This document shows, one piece after another, positions 16,727 through 26,262 of a DNA stretch of 64,000 bases. Below the pieces are notes generated by a model, which saw only the letters and a program-made list of their open reading frames with translations, was not told the DNA's origin and ran no database searches. A program made the position numbers and the translations under genes. Origin of the DNA: Minisyncoccota bacterium (GTDB lineage: Bacteria > Patescibacteriota > Minisyncoccia > Phycocordibacterales > UBA1006); assembly GCA_036405175.1 (NCBI GenBank), contig DASWYC010000002.1, positions 57,892-121,891 on the forward strand, in the 5' to 3' direction. Position 1 is the first letter of the stretch. Every line of letters starts with the position of its first letter.

Positions 16727-18442
16727 ATGAAACTCCTCGCGCAGATTAAACAATCAATTGAGTCGTATCTCCTCAAAACACATGGTATTGCGGAAGATGC
16801 TCAGCTAATTTTATCTGATCTTAATCACGCTGATTTTCAATATAACGGTGCGCTCAAATTTGCAAAACAGCTTGGTGTTGCGCCACTAAAAATTGCAGAA
16901 GAAATTGTTGAACAACTTACGCAGTATGTTCAAGATGTTGAGATTAAAGCCGTGGCTCCAGGATATGTTAATTTTATCTACACACAATCATATATTGAAG
17001 ACGCACTTGCGCCGCTTGTAACCGGGGATGTTAAGCCGAACATTGTAGACAAAAAACGCATCATGGTTGAGTACACTGATCCAAACACCTTTAAAGTGTT
17101 CCATATTGGGCACCTTATGACCAATGCTATTGGAGAATCATTAGCGCGTTTGTTTGAATACGGTGGACACGATGTGATTCGTGCAAATTATCAGGGAGAT
17201 GTTGGACGTCATATTGCTCAGGCAATTTATGGAGTACTCAATGGTGATATTCAGCGCCCTGCAGATGATGCTCCGCTTAAAGAAAAAACAGAATATCTTG
17301 GAAAGTGTTATGTCTATGGTGCTCAGCAATTTGAAGCGTCAGATGATGCAAAAGCAAAAATCAGAGAAATCAACGCTCATATTTATAACAATGATAACGA
17401 AGAAATTAACGCATGGAATCAAAAAGGGCGCAATTGGTCACTGGAGCGTTTTGAAGAACTCTATAAAATTCTTAATACAAAATTTAATTACTACTTTTTT
17501 GAATCTCAAACCGCACCAATCGGACTAGAGAAGGTAAAAGCAAATATTCCAAGCGTATTTGTTGAATCTGACGGGGCAATCGTATTTAAGGGTGAAGAAT
17601 ATGGATTGCATACGCGTGTATTCATTAACAAAGAAGGCCTGCCAACCTATGAAGCAAAAGATGTTGGACTTGCGTATCTTAAGCATGAAAAAGAACCAAA
17701 GCTTAATATTTCAATTACCGTAACCGCCAATGAACAGGCTGAATACTTTAAGGTAATGAAGAAAGCTGTTGAATGTATTGATCTAAAAATTGCATCACCA
17801 ATGATGCATGTGTACCACGGAATGATGAGCGGGCCGGGTGGTAAAAAAATGTCATCACGTAAAGGTGATGTTGTTACCGGTGAAAGCTTGATTGAGGACG
17901 CAATGGAGCGCGCACGCGAGGTAATTGAAGAACACTATAAAGATAAAAAAACTGCCGCAGAAAAGGATGCTATTGCAGAAGCGGTTGCAGTTGCTGCTAT
18001 TAAATTCACCATTCTTAAACAGGACAGTTCAAAAAATATTATGTTTGATCTTGAAAAGGCACTTTCTTTTGAAGGAGATAGTGGACCATATTTGCTCTAT
18101 ACCAATGCACGGTTGTGTTCAATCATTCGTAAATCATCAGGATTGATGAATGTTCTTGGGCGAATGTTTAGTGCTAAAAAATCTGACCCAGTGGGCGAGC
18201 TTGAACGAGTATTGATGCAATTTCCAATTGTTGCTGAGCGCGCTGTTGAAGCAATGGAATCACATCGCATCACTACCTATGCACTTGAACTTTCACGAGC
18301 AATTAATAGTTGGTATGGATCACATAAAGTTATTGGGTCAGGGGAGTACGAAGCGTATCGTTTACGTGTGGTGCAGGCTGCACAGCAAACGCTTAAAACA
18401 TGCATTGAACTTTTGGGGATGAAAGCGGTTGAGGAGATGTAG
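16727..18442 (+). CDS. argS: arginine--tRNA ligase
   Basis: HIGH-type motif FHIGHLMTN, C-terminal DALR anticodon-binding region. Start moved to MKLLAQIKQ (16727), downstream of the rplK terminator. Confidence 0.9.
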   Translation: MKLLAQIKQSIESYLLKTHGIAEDAQLILSDLNHADFQYNGALKFAKQLGVAPLKIAEEIVEQLTQYVQDVEIKAVAPGYVNFIYTQSYIEDALAPLVTGDVKPNIVDKKRIMVEYTDPNTFKVFHIGHLMTNAIGESLARLFEYGGHDVIRANYQGDVGRHIAQAIYGVLNGDIQRPADDAPLKEKTEYLGKCYVYGAQQFEASDDAKAKIREINAHIYNNDNEEINAWNQKGRNWSLERFEELYKILNTKFNYYFFESQTAPIGLEKVKANIPSVFVESDGAIVFKGEEYGLHTRVFINKEGLPTYEAKDVGLAYLKHEKEPKLNISITVTANEQAEYFKVMKKAVECIDLKIASPMMHVYHGMMSGPGGKKMSSRKGDVVTGESLIEDAMERAREVIEEHYKDKKTAAEKDAIAEAVAVAAIKFTILKQDSSKNIMFDLEKALSFEGDSGPYLLYTNARLCSIIRKSSGLMNVLGRMFSAKKSDPVGELERVLMQFPIVAERAVEAMESHRITTYALELSRAINSWYGSHKVIGSGEYEAYRLRVVQAAQQTLKTCIELLGMKAVEEM

Positions 18443-18460
18443 GGTGATATACTTTAGGGT

Positions 18461-18877
18461 ATGTTCATACATGATTATATCTATGTTCCATTTATAAATA
18501 TTTTTATATTCTATCCTTGGATTACTTATATTCTTATTATTATTGGGTCTTTTCTTGCTCGTTTAAGAAATAAAAAGAAAAACCAACAGATTGATATTCT
18601 CTATTGGGTGTTCACTGGAATTGCAGCAGTCTCACTAATTGGGCTCAACCTTACGTTTACTAGCCTTAGCACAGGTTTCTTTATCGCTGAACTTGTGATT
18701 GCTGCTGTTCTGCTGACAATTAAATTCTTTTTTAAAAAAGAAAATTTTGTTGTGAACTATTTGCTGCTGATAATTACTATCCCCGCTATTATTTCTATAA
18801 TCGTAATTATTATGACTTTATTGCACCCTCCATGTATGGGATGTATAGACCTTCCACGTGTTCCACTTCCAATTTAA
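18461..18877 (+). CDS. small 4-TM membrane protein ending HPPCMGC...VPLP; tandem paralog 1
   Basis: Aligns throughout with the next gene (WVFTGIAAVSL vs YVFLGISVLAL; FIAELVIAAVLL vs FVAEIIIMIVLL; HPPCMGC vs HPDCMGC; C-terminal VPLP). Confidence 0.5.
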   Translation: MFIHDYIYVPFINIFIFYPWITYILIIIGSFLARLRNKKKNQQIDILYWVFTGIAAVSLIGLNLTFTSLSTGFFIAELVIAAVLLTIKFFFKKENFVVNYLLLIITIPAIISIIVIIMTLLHPPCMGCIDLPRVPLPI

Positions 18878-18887
18878 AAAATAAAAA

Positions 18888-18919
18888 ATCACAGAATAAT
18901 ATTATTCTGCGATTTTTAA
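18888..18919 (+). terminator. hairpin terminator (ATCACAGAATAAT / ATTATTCTGCGAT + T-tract)
   Basis: Seen directly, one mismatch. Confidence 0.5.
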
Positions 18920-18958
18920 ATGAATGAAGAGTATCGGGAGAGGTGATATGCTATAGAT

Positions 18959-19420
18959 ATGCACATTATTTCTATGCTACTTCCATGGGTTTCAGGTATT
19001 TTAATTTGTATTGGACTTATTATTGCATGGCAAAGGAGTAAAAAGAGAAATCGTTCTTTAAATATAACCTATTATGTATTTTTAGGTATTTCAGTACTTG
19101 CCCTGATCGTAATAGACCGATTTTTTAGAGGTATGCTTATAAGTCTGTTTAGTAATACTGTTCATCCAGGCTACTTCGTAGCTGAAATCATTATTATGAT
19201 TGTATTATTAATAATAAGATTTATTCCTAAAAAAGGAAATTTAAATTTTATTGTAAATCATCTCTTGTATATATTTGCTATTCCAGTTATTCTCGGCACG
19301 ATTGATTTGGTGAATGCGGTTCGTCATCCTGACTGTATGGGTTGCCCAATTTACATTAATGATGATCCCACCAGAGAATTCAATGCCATAGAAGGATTGA
19401 GACATGTGCCTTTGCCCTAA
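18959..19420 (+). CDS. small 4-TM membrane protein ending HPDCMGC...VPLP; tandem paralog 2
   Basis: See paralog 1. Confidence 0.5.
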   Translation: MHIISMLLPWVSGILICIGLIIAWQRSKKRNRSLNITYYVFLGISVLALIVIDRFFRGMLISLFSNTVHPGYFVAEIIIMIVLLIIRFIPKKGNLNFIVNHLLYIFAIPVILGTIDLVNAVRHPDCMGCPIYINDDPTREFNAIEGLRHVPLP

Positions 19421-19435
19421 TAAAAGAAAATAAAA

Positions 19436-19467
19436 AACAGTAGAATGATTTCATTCTACTGTTTTTG
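19436..19467. terminator. hairpin terminator (AACAGTAGAATGA / TCATTCTACTGTT + T-tract)
   Basis: Perfect 13-bp inverted repeat. Confidence 0.65.
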
Positions 19468-19484
19468 TAATTGAGCAAAAAACT

Positions 19485-19835
19485 TTAATTTAAATACTTA
19501 TATTCGAATTGTCTTCGATATTCAAGATAAGAACAGATTAGTGTGGTTAAACCAAGAGTAATACTAAGCCAAAAGGCTTCTTTGAAGAGGGTGTATGAAA
19601 ACCAAACCAAACAAAATCCCCCTATAAGTAAAATACAGTGGATAAAACTTTTTGCGTTAGCGGTCAAGAATGACAGTACTATTGCTGCACTAATTCCTCC
19701 AAAAAAACTGAAAACTGTACCCAAAGGGATTCTTGTCTCTTTGATTGCAAATGAGACGGTGGCGAGTCCTACAATTAAGACAATGTAATAGAAATTAATC
19801 CAAAATAAACTTTTACGTTTTTCCATGTTGTTCAA
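19485..19835 (-). CDS. hypothetical 4-TM membrane protein
   Basis: 116-aa hydrophobic ORF. Confidence 0.4.
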   Translation of the reverse strand: MNNMEKRKSLFWINFYYIVLIVGLATVSFAIKETRIPLGTVFSFFGGISAAIVLSFLTANAKSFIHCILLIGGFCLVWFSYTLFKEAFWLSITLGLTTLICSYLEYRRQFEYKYLN

Positions 19836-19926
19836 GTTTTAAAGTGATATTCTCAAAATACTATTCTTTATATAGATTGTCAAATTTACTAATGCAAAAC
19901 CCCATAAAATACGCTATACTCTTCAA

Positions 19927-22900
19927 ATGAAACAGCCTGACCTGAGCAAGTATTTTGAAGGATTTGAAAAATCTAAGCGTTCGCACGATGAGGAAAATAT
20001 CCTCAATTTTTGGCAAGAAAATCAAATCTTTGAACAATCACTTAAAAAACCATCACCAAAAGGAGAGTATGTTTTTTATGAAGGTCCTCCAACGGCAAAC
20101 GGCCGTCCAGGAATTCACCACTTTTTAGCACGCTCATTTAAAGATGCAATTCCTCGCTATAAAACAATGCAAGGATATCATGTAGCGCGTAAGGCTGGTT
20201 GGGATACACACGGTCTTCCTGTTGAACTTCAGGTAGAAAAAGCGCTTGGGTTGGCTAATAAAAAAGAAATTGAACAATACGGTGTAGAAAAGTTTAATGA
20301 AGCGTGTAAAGAATCAGTGTGGCAGTATCAGTCTGAGTGGGAAGCTATGACCGCCCGCATGGGGTATTGGATTGATATGGAAAATCCATATATCACCTAT
20401 GAGACTCCATATATTGAATCAGTATGGAATATCCTTAAGACAGTTGATGACAAGCAGCTTCTCTTTAAGGATTACAAAATTATTCCATGGTGTCCTCGTT
20501 GTGGAACGGGACTTTCTTCTCATGAGCTTTCACAGGGTTATGAAGATGTAAAAGATATCTCAGTAACAGCAGCATTTAAAGTGACGGGCTCAATTGTTAA
20601 TCTTCCAGAAAATACTTCTATTCTTGCATGGACAACAACACCGTGGACGCTCTTTGGAAACGTTGCGCTTGCCGTAGGAAATACTATTAATTATGTTCTC
20701 GTTCAAGATAGTTCACGTGACAATGCACACTTTATTATCGCTGAAGATCGTTTAAGTTTTGCATATCCTGATCAATCAATAATTAAGGTTATTGGAACGT
20801 ATACAGGAAGTGAATTGGTTGGCACAAAGTATCAACCATTGTTTCCATATGCTGCAGAGTTTATTCAATCACAAACAACTCCTGAACAATTTTCAAAAGC
20901 ATACACGGTATACGATGCAGATTTTGTAACAACCAGTGACGGAACGGGTGTTGTCCACACTGCAGTAATGTATGGAGCTGACGATTTTGATCTTGGTACA
21001 AAATTAGGATTGCCAAAAGTTCATATGGTAAACCAAGACGGAACGTACAAAGAGGGTCTTAAAGATTTTACCGGACGATTTGTTAAAGACGAGCAGGTGA
21101 CCATTGATATTCTCAAAGAACTCACTGTATATAATTCTCTTTTTTCAAAACTCAAGTACGAACACTCATATCCTCACTGTTGGCGCTGTAAAACGCCGGT
21201 GCTGTATTACGCGCGTGACTCATGGTTTATTAGAATGTCTCAACTTGCAGACACGTTGCAGCAAGAAAATGAAAAGATTAATTGGAATCCAAGCCACATC
21301 AAAGAGGGGCGTTTTGGAGAATGGCTCCGTGGTCTTAAAGACTGGGGATTGTCTCGCGAACGGTATTGGGGAACACCACTTCCAATTTGGGAATCAGAAG
21401 AGGGTGGACGGATTACGGTGGGTTCACTTGAAGAGTTAAAAACATATTCAACAAAACCAACCGTTGATCTTATTTTGATTCGTCACGGGTTTGCAACTCA
21501 TTTGCGTGACGGAATCTTTGCCGGTGATCGTGCAAACGATACCGCAACACTTACTGAAGAAGGAATTAAACAGGTACAAGAGCTTGCAAATACGTGTGGC
21601 GATACTATTAAATCTGCTGACGTGATTTTTGTTAGTCCATTTAAGCGTACGCAGGAAACCATTACAATCTTGCAGGATGCGCTTGGTCTTACTCAAGAAG
21701 TTATTGTTGATGATCGTTTAGTTGAAATGAATTTTGGAGCATTTAATGGTAAGAAAAACTCAGAACGCGATGGCTACTTTGATAATGATCAGTACACTAA
21801 AGCAAATCCAGAAGGTGAATCACTCTTTGACGTGCAAAAACGCGTAACGGCGTTCTTGAAAGATGTTGAATCTCAATATGCTGGTAAAAAAGTGATCGTA
21901 ATTAGTCACGATGATACGCTCAGTTTGCTATGTTCTGTTGCACGTGGAATTGTTGATAAAGTTCCTCAGATTCAATATTTTAATCCTGCAGAGTGTCGTA
22001 CCGTAACTTCAACAAATTTGCCAGTAAGCCATGACGGGTTTGTGGATCTCCATAAGCCATATATTGATAATATTGTGCTCAAAAAAAATGAGCGTATATA
22101 TACACGCGTACCAGAAGTGATTGATGTGTGGTTTGATTCTGGGTCAATGCCATTTGCACAACAGCATGCACCATTTGCTGGGGAGCTTACCAGTGCTCAA
22201 TATCCAGCAGATTACATAACCGAAGGTCTTGATCAAACCCGCGGATGGTTTTATACCTTGCTTGCTATTGGATGTTTGATGGGTAAAGGTTCACCATATA
22301 AGAATGTAATTTGCTTAGGACTTTTGCTTGATGACAAGGGGCAGAAAATGTCTAAATCAAAGGGGAACATTGTGTCGCCATGGAAGGTCATGTCTGGCGT
22401 TGGATCAGATGTTGCCCGCATGTGGTTGTATAGCGTGAACCAGCCAGGAGAATCAAAGAGTTTTGACATGGCAATGTTGCAGGATCTTGAGCGTAAATTG
22501 TTTGTGATCTTTGAAAACTGTTTAGAATTTTATAAGCTTTCACCCGATGTTCAAACATCATACAATGCTGATCTTCTTAAGAATGCATCATACTTGGATA
22601 AATGGTTAATAGCATACATGAATACTGTTAAGAAAATGGTGACCGAATCACTTGATGCATACGATCTTTTCACCGCAACTCGCACCATCCGCGATTGTGT
22701 GACCGAATTGTCTCAATGGTATGTGCGTCGTTCGCGTGAAGCACTTAAAGAAGAAGGGGTAGTTGGGGATGCAACGCGTCATACCTACCGCAATGCACTC
22801 CGCGATATTGCCATAATGTTGGCACCGTTTACCCCATTCCACGCAGAAAAATTCTTCCAAGACGTGAAGTTTGAAAATGACCCAGCGTCAGTACATCTTG

Positions 22901-23406
22901 CTGATTGGGTAATATTTAATACTGATAGTTCATCAGATATCTTGAATGAAATGGATCAGACACGCACTGTGATCTCGGAAATTCTTAAGAAGCGTGACGA
23001 GGTAAAAATTAAAGTACGCCAACCGCTCGCTTCAGTGACACTTAATCGCTCATTTAACATTGAACTTCAAGAACTTATTAAAGATGAGGTAAATGTAAAG
23101 GAAATAAAGGTTGATGAAAATGCGTTTGAAACAACACTTGATACAAATCTCACCCAAGAACTTATTGAGGAAGGAATTGCTCGTGAAATCACGCGTGCTA
23201 TTCAATCAATGCGTAAGAATAATAATCTTTCACCAGATGATGCGTTTACGGTTACACTCCAAGATTCAGAACTCGTGCAAAAGATCCTGGATACCTATGG
23301 TGATGATATCTCAAAGAAAACAAAAACTACTCTTGCAACCGCCGCATCGATTACTGATTCAGAAAAAATTACCACTAATCTTGGCGATATTCTCATTCAA
23401 AAGTAA
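19927..23406 (+). CDS. ileS: isoleucine--tRNA ligase (eukaryote-like type 2) with an inserted histidine-phosphatase (PGAM-like) domain of about 190 aa
   Basis: PTANGRPGIHHF (HIGH), WDTHGLP, KMSKS (GQKMSKSKGN). The insert between ...EELKTYSTKPTVD and LHKPYIDN carries RHG, SPFKRTQET, LVEMNFGAFNG and SHDD motifs. Confidence 0.9.
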   Translation: MKQPDLSKYFEGFEKSKRSHDEENILNFWQENQIFEQSLKKPSPKGEYVFYEGPPTANGRPGIHHFLARSFKDAIPRYKTMQGYHVARKAGWDTHGLPVELQVEKALGLANKKEIEQYGVEKFNEACKESVWQYQSEWEAMTARMGYWIDMENPYITYETPYIESVWNILKTVDDKQLLFKDYKIIPWCPRCGTGLSSHELSQGYEDVKDISVTAAFKVTGSIVNLPENTSILAWTTTPWTLFGNVALAVGNTINYVLVQDSSRDNAHFIIAEDRLSFAYPDQSIIKVIGTYTGSELVGTKYQPLFPYAAEFIQSQTTPEQFSKAYTVYDADFVTTSDGTGVVHTAVMYGADDFDLGTKLGLPKVHMVNQDGTYKEGLKDFTGRFVKDEQVTIDILKELTVYNSLFSKLKYEHSYPHCWRCKTPVLYYARDSWFIRMSQLADTLQQENEKINWNPSHIKEGRFGEWLRGLKDWGLSRERYWGTPLPIWESEEGGRITVGSLEELKTYSTKPTVDLILIRHGFATHLRDGIFAGDRANDTATLTEEGIKQVQELANTCGDTIKSADVIFVSPFKRTQETITILQDALGLTQEVIVDDRLVEMNFGAFNGKKNSERDGYFDNDQYTKANPEGESLFDVQKRVTAFLKDVESQYAGKKVIVISHDDTLSLLCSVARGIVDKVPQIQYFNPAECRTVTSTNLPVSHDGFVDLHKPYIDNIVLKKNERIYTRVPEVIDVWFDSGSMPFAQQHAPFAGELTSAQYPADYITEGLDQTRGWFYTLLAIGCLMGKGSPYKNVICLGLLLDDKGQKMSKSKGNIVSPWKVMSGVGSDVARMWLYSVNQPGESKSFDMAMLQDLERKLFVIFENCLEFYKLSPDVQTSYNADLLKNASYLDKWLIAYMNTVKKMVTESLDAYDLFTATRTIRDCVTELSQWYVRRSREALKEEGVVGDATRHTYRNALRDIAIMLAPFTPFHAEKFFQDVKFENDPASVHLADWVIFNTDSSSDILNEMDQTRTVISEILKKRDEVKIKVRQPLASVTLNRSFNIELQELIKDEVNVKEIKVDENAFETTLDTNLTQELIEEGIAREITRAIQSMRKNNNLSPDDAFTVTLQDSELVQKILDTYGDDISKKTKTTLATAASITDSEKITTNLGDILIQK

Positions 23407-23433
23407 TCGCAATATCATTGCGTAGACATATAT

Positions 23434-24006
23434 ATGAGTCATGAGTTTTCTCATAAAAAAGCCATTGTATTTGGGTATAGAAATTATGGAGAAAAAGATC
23501 GCTATTACAATTTATTGATAGAAGATGATGGGCTCCGGTATGTGCGTGTTCAAGGGGTGCGTGATGTAAAGTCAAAACATCGTAATCTACTTGGACTCTT
23601 TGCATGTCCCACTATTACCTATATTCACGGACGGGAATACCGCCTGATTGGAATTCAAGAAGATGAATATCTGGCAACAACAGAAGAATTGGTATTTGCA
23701 TTTAGCTTTATTGCTAATATAACTCGTGTTGTTGAATTTGATGAAGCTGAACACAAAGGTCTCTATCATCTGATTCGTGAAATTCATGACGAGATTAGCC
23801 AGCATCCAGCTGTCCCTCGTACAAAGCTGCTGGTCTATATTGCTAGCACAATTCTTAACTTTATTGGATATGGGGACGAAAAACACGAGCACATGCCGCT
23901 TGAACAGGTTATACTTACCTATGAGACCATTCATACGAAAGTCCGTGCTATGGTGTATGAACATCGCGAGCTCAGCTTTTTGAATGAATATCTTGATATT
24001 GTATGA
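23434..24006 (+). CDS. RecO-like protein (N-terminal OB-fold domain; no zinc-finger seen)
   Basis: Weak resemblance to the RecO N-terminal domain and helical region; 190 aa. Overlaps the next gene by ATGA. Confidence 0.35.
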   Translation: MSHEFSHKKAIVFGYRNYGEKDRYYNLLIEDDGLRYVRVQGVRDVKSKHRNLLGLFACPTITYIHGREYRLIGIQEDEYLATTEELVFAFSFIANITRVVEFDEAEHKGLYHLIREIHDEISQHPAVPRTKLLVYIASTILNFIGYGDEKHEHMPLEQVILTYETIHTKVRAMVYEHRELSFLNEYLDIV

Positions 24007-25901
24007 ATCAGAAGTCACCCATAGAAGAACTTAAGGAGGAAATTACTCATAATGATCCGGTGCCGCACCAAAAAAAGATCATTAAGGATACCAGCTTGCC
24101 CAATAAAAAAGAGCTTGAGTTTTTTAATCCTCAAGAAAAACAAAAAAATTCATATGTAGTACCAAAGCATAAATTTCTTAATACGGTGTTTTTTGTTTCG
24201 TTTGCATTTTTCTTAGCCGTGTTTGGGTACATGGTGTATCGCTATAAATTTGCTGATAGTGTAATTTCAAATCGAAAGATCGAAGTGCATGTGGTAACAC
24301 CAGCATCAATCACCTCTGGAAAGGATGCGCTCTTTACGATGTCGATTAATAACGACAATAAAGCTCCGCTCATGAAGCCAGAAATTGTCACCACGATTAC
24401 AGAAATTAATCAATCAAAAACTGCACCGCTCTTGGATGCGTATGAAAAAGAAGTAAATATTACGCTGAAAGATATTGGAAGTGAGGCTGTTGTTAATCAA
24501 GATGTTCCACTCTTATTTATTGGATCAGCAGGAAAGAAGTTTTTAGTTGAATCACAACTCCAATATTCACTTCCGGATTCTGTGGCGCGTTTTACAAAAG
24601 ATCTGCTGCGCCAAGAGGTGACCATTACCAACAATCCGATTGCTATTACTCCTAAATTAAGTGAGCAGAGAATTGTTGAAGGACAAGAATACACCACAAG
24701 TTTTACGCTTCAAAATACTGATACGAATGATTTTGAAAACATTGCACTCCGCATTAGTGCTCCAGAGGGGGCAACGGCAGTCATTCAAGAAGCTAAAAGT
24801 TTTGAAGGGGGAGGCACGTATCCAATTGGACTTTTAAAGAGTCGTGAGCTTCAAACTTTTACGCTGAATGGTGTTCTTGATGCGCGATCACAAGATGTAT
24901 CTGTAATTACTATTGAAGTGGTGTCACTTAAAAGTCTAGGAAGTGAAGAAGTTGATAGTGTGCTTTCAAAAAATACTATTACCTTTACAAAAGAAAAACC
25001 ATTTATTACCGCTCGCCTTGATGGAAATGAGGCACAGCTCACTGTGATCCCACTAAGAGATATTACTACTTCATTTACCATTAAAAATAATTCAAAAGAA
25101 GATTTGCAAGATATTGAAATTCGTCTGAGCTCAACGGGAGATATTATTAACAAACAATCATTGGCAAGTGATAACGCATCATCGGTGGGAACAGGAGAGA
25201 TTGTGTACAGTCGCTTTACGGATGATCGTCTTGAGTCACTTAAGATTGGAGAGAGTATTAGTCTTCCGCTTAAGTTTAGCTCTAATCCGGTGGTGTCTCG
25301 TCAGTTCTTAACAGAAAATCCAGAAAGTGTTGTGGTTGCAAATATTCAAGCGCGCAACTCATCGTTGGAAACATTTAATTTAAAAGATTATCAAGTTGGA
25401 AAAGTGCAGGGTCAAACAACTGCTGAGCTCACGTTCTACACCATTCCATCAACAAATGGTACCTATGTTGAATCGGGAGCATTTCCGTTGAGGATTGGAA
25501 GTACAAGTCAAATGTTAGTACGGTTTGAAGTGAAAAATACTTCAAACACTTTAAATGCCACCAAGATAAGTTTTAAATTGCCGTACTATGTAAGTTTTGG
25601 GCAGAATAAAACATTGGGTGAGAATGTTGCCTATAATGATGTTGAGCGTACCGTAACGTGGAATATTGGTGAGTTGGCAGCAGGAGCTGGCGTGATTGAA
25701 GGAACTGAGCGTGCCCTTACTTTGAGCTTATTTATCACTCCTGTGGTGTCCCAGGCTGATCAAGTAGTGCCACTTACCTCAGAAGTAACGTTAAGCGGAA
25801 CGGATGCGCTCACTAAAAAAGCAATTCAGGTTAAGCGACCATCACTTAAACCATCATTTGATGGGGTAAACGATGATCAGCTTAAGGTGCAGCGGCGATA
25901 A
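24003..25901 (+). CDS. membrane-anchored extracellular protein with repeated beta-sandwich (CARDB/DUF11-like) modules
   Basis: Single N-terminal TM helix. Internal repeats share T.TFTLQNT... / TTSFTIKNNS... / VRFEVKNTSN patterns. Confidence 0.45.
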   Translation: MNQKSPIEELKEEITHNDPVPHQKKIIKDTSLPNKKELEFFNPQEKQKNSYVVPKHKFLNTVFFVSFAFFLAVFGYMVYRYKFADSVISNRKIEVHVVTPASITSGKDALFTMSINNDNKAPLMKPEIVTTITEINQSKTAPLLDAYEKEVNITLKDIGSEAVVNQDVPLLFIGSAGKKFLVESQLQYSLPDSVARFTKDLLRQEVTITNNPIAITPKLSEQRIVEGQEYTTSFTLQNTDTNDFENIALRISAPEGATAVIQEAKSFEGGGTYPIGLLKSRELQTFTLNGVLDARSQDVSVITIEVVSLKSLGSEEVDSVLSKNTITFTKEKPFITARLDGNEAQLTVIPLRDITTSFTIKNNSKEDLQDIEIRLSSTGDIINKQSLASDNASSVGTGEIVYSRFTDDRLESLKIGESISLPLKFSSNPVVSRQFLTENPESVVVANIQARNSSLETFNLKDYQVGKVQGQTTAELTFYTIPSTNGTYVESGAFPLRIGSTSQMLVRFEVKNTSNTLNATKISFKLPYYVSFGQNKTLGENVAYNDVERTVTWNIGELAAGAGVIEGTERALTLSLFITPVVSQADQVVPLTSEVTLSGTDALTKKAIQVKRPSLKPSFDGVNDDQLKVQRR

Positions 25902-26201
25902 GATGGTGGAAAATCTAAATATTTACATTTGTGAATTTTGGAGTAAGATCTGAAGAGAACAGCACTTTCAACCTATAAACATTTATCGTCATGTATGCAC
26001 AACGTTGCATGGTTATTAATGGATCAGATCCAAAGATACTCGTTGAATTTTCTCCTCCTGCTTGGATAATCGTACAGGTAGAGTTGTATATAAAGATCTA
26101 CTATCCTAATGTTGCATCAATGGACATTTCAGATTATTTGGCATTCTTTGATTCAATGGTTCTGCAATTGCTGCATGCCCAAGAATTTCATCGTCGAATT
26201 G

Positions 26202-26231
26202 AGCCTGATGTAGATCGGGCTTTTTCTTTTC
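26202..26231 (+). promoter_or_regulatory. hairpin + T-tract (AGCCTGAT GTAG ATCGGGCT TTTTCTTTT) about 30 nt upstream of the glyQS start; possible attenuator or terminator
   Basis: Seen directly. No T-box consensus (GGTGG.ACCGCG) found. Confidence 0.3.
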
Positions 26232-26262
26232 AAAAACGCCTTTTGTGGTATAGTTAATTTCT

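Noticed and set aside
25991-26257. 88-aa ORF in the spacer before glyQS
   Set aside because: No recognisable family, it runs through a terminator-like hairpin, and its composition is atypical. It is kept as a question in the findings rather than as a feature.
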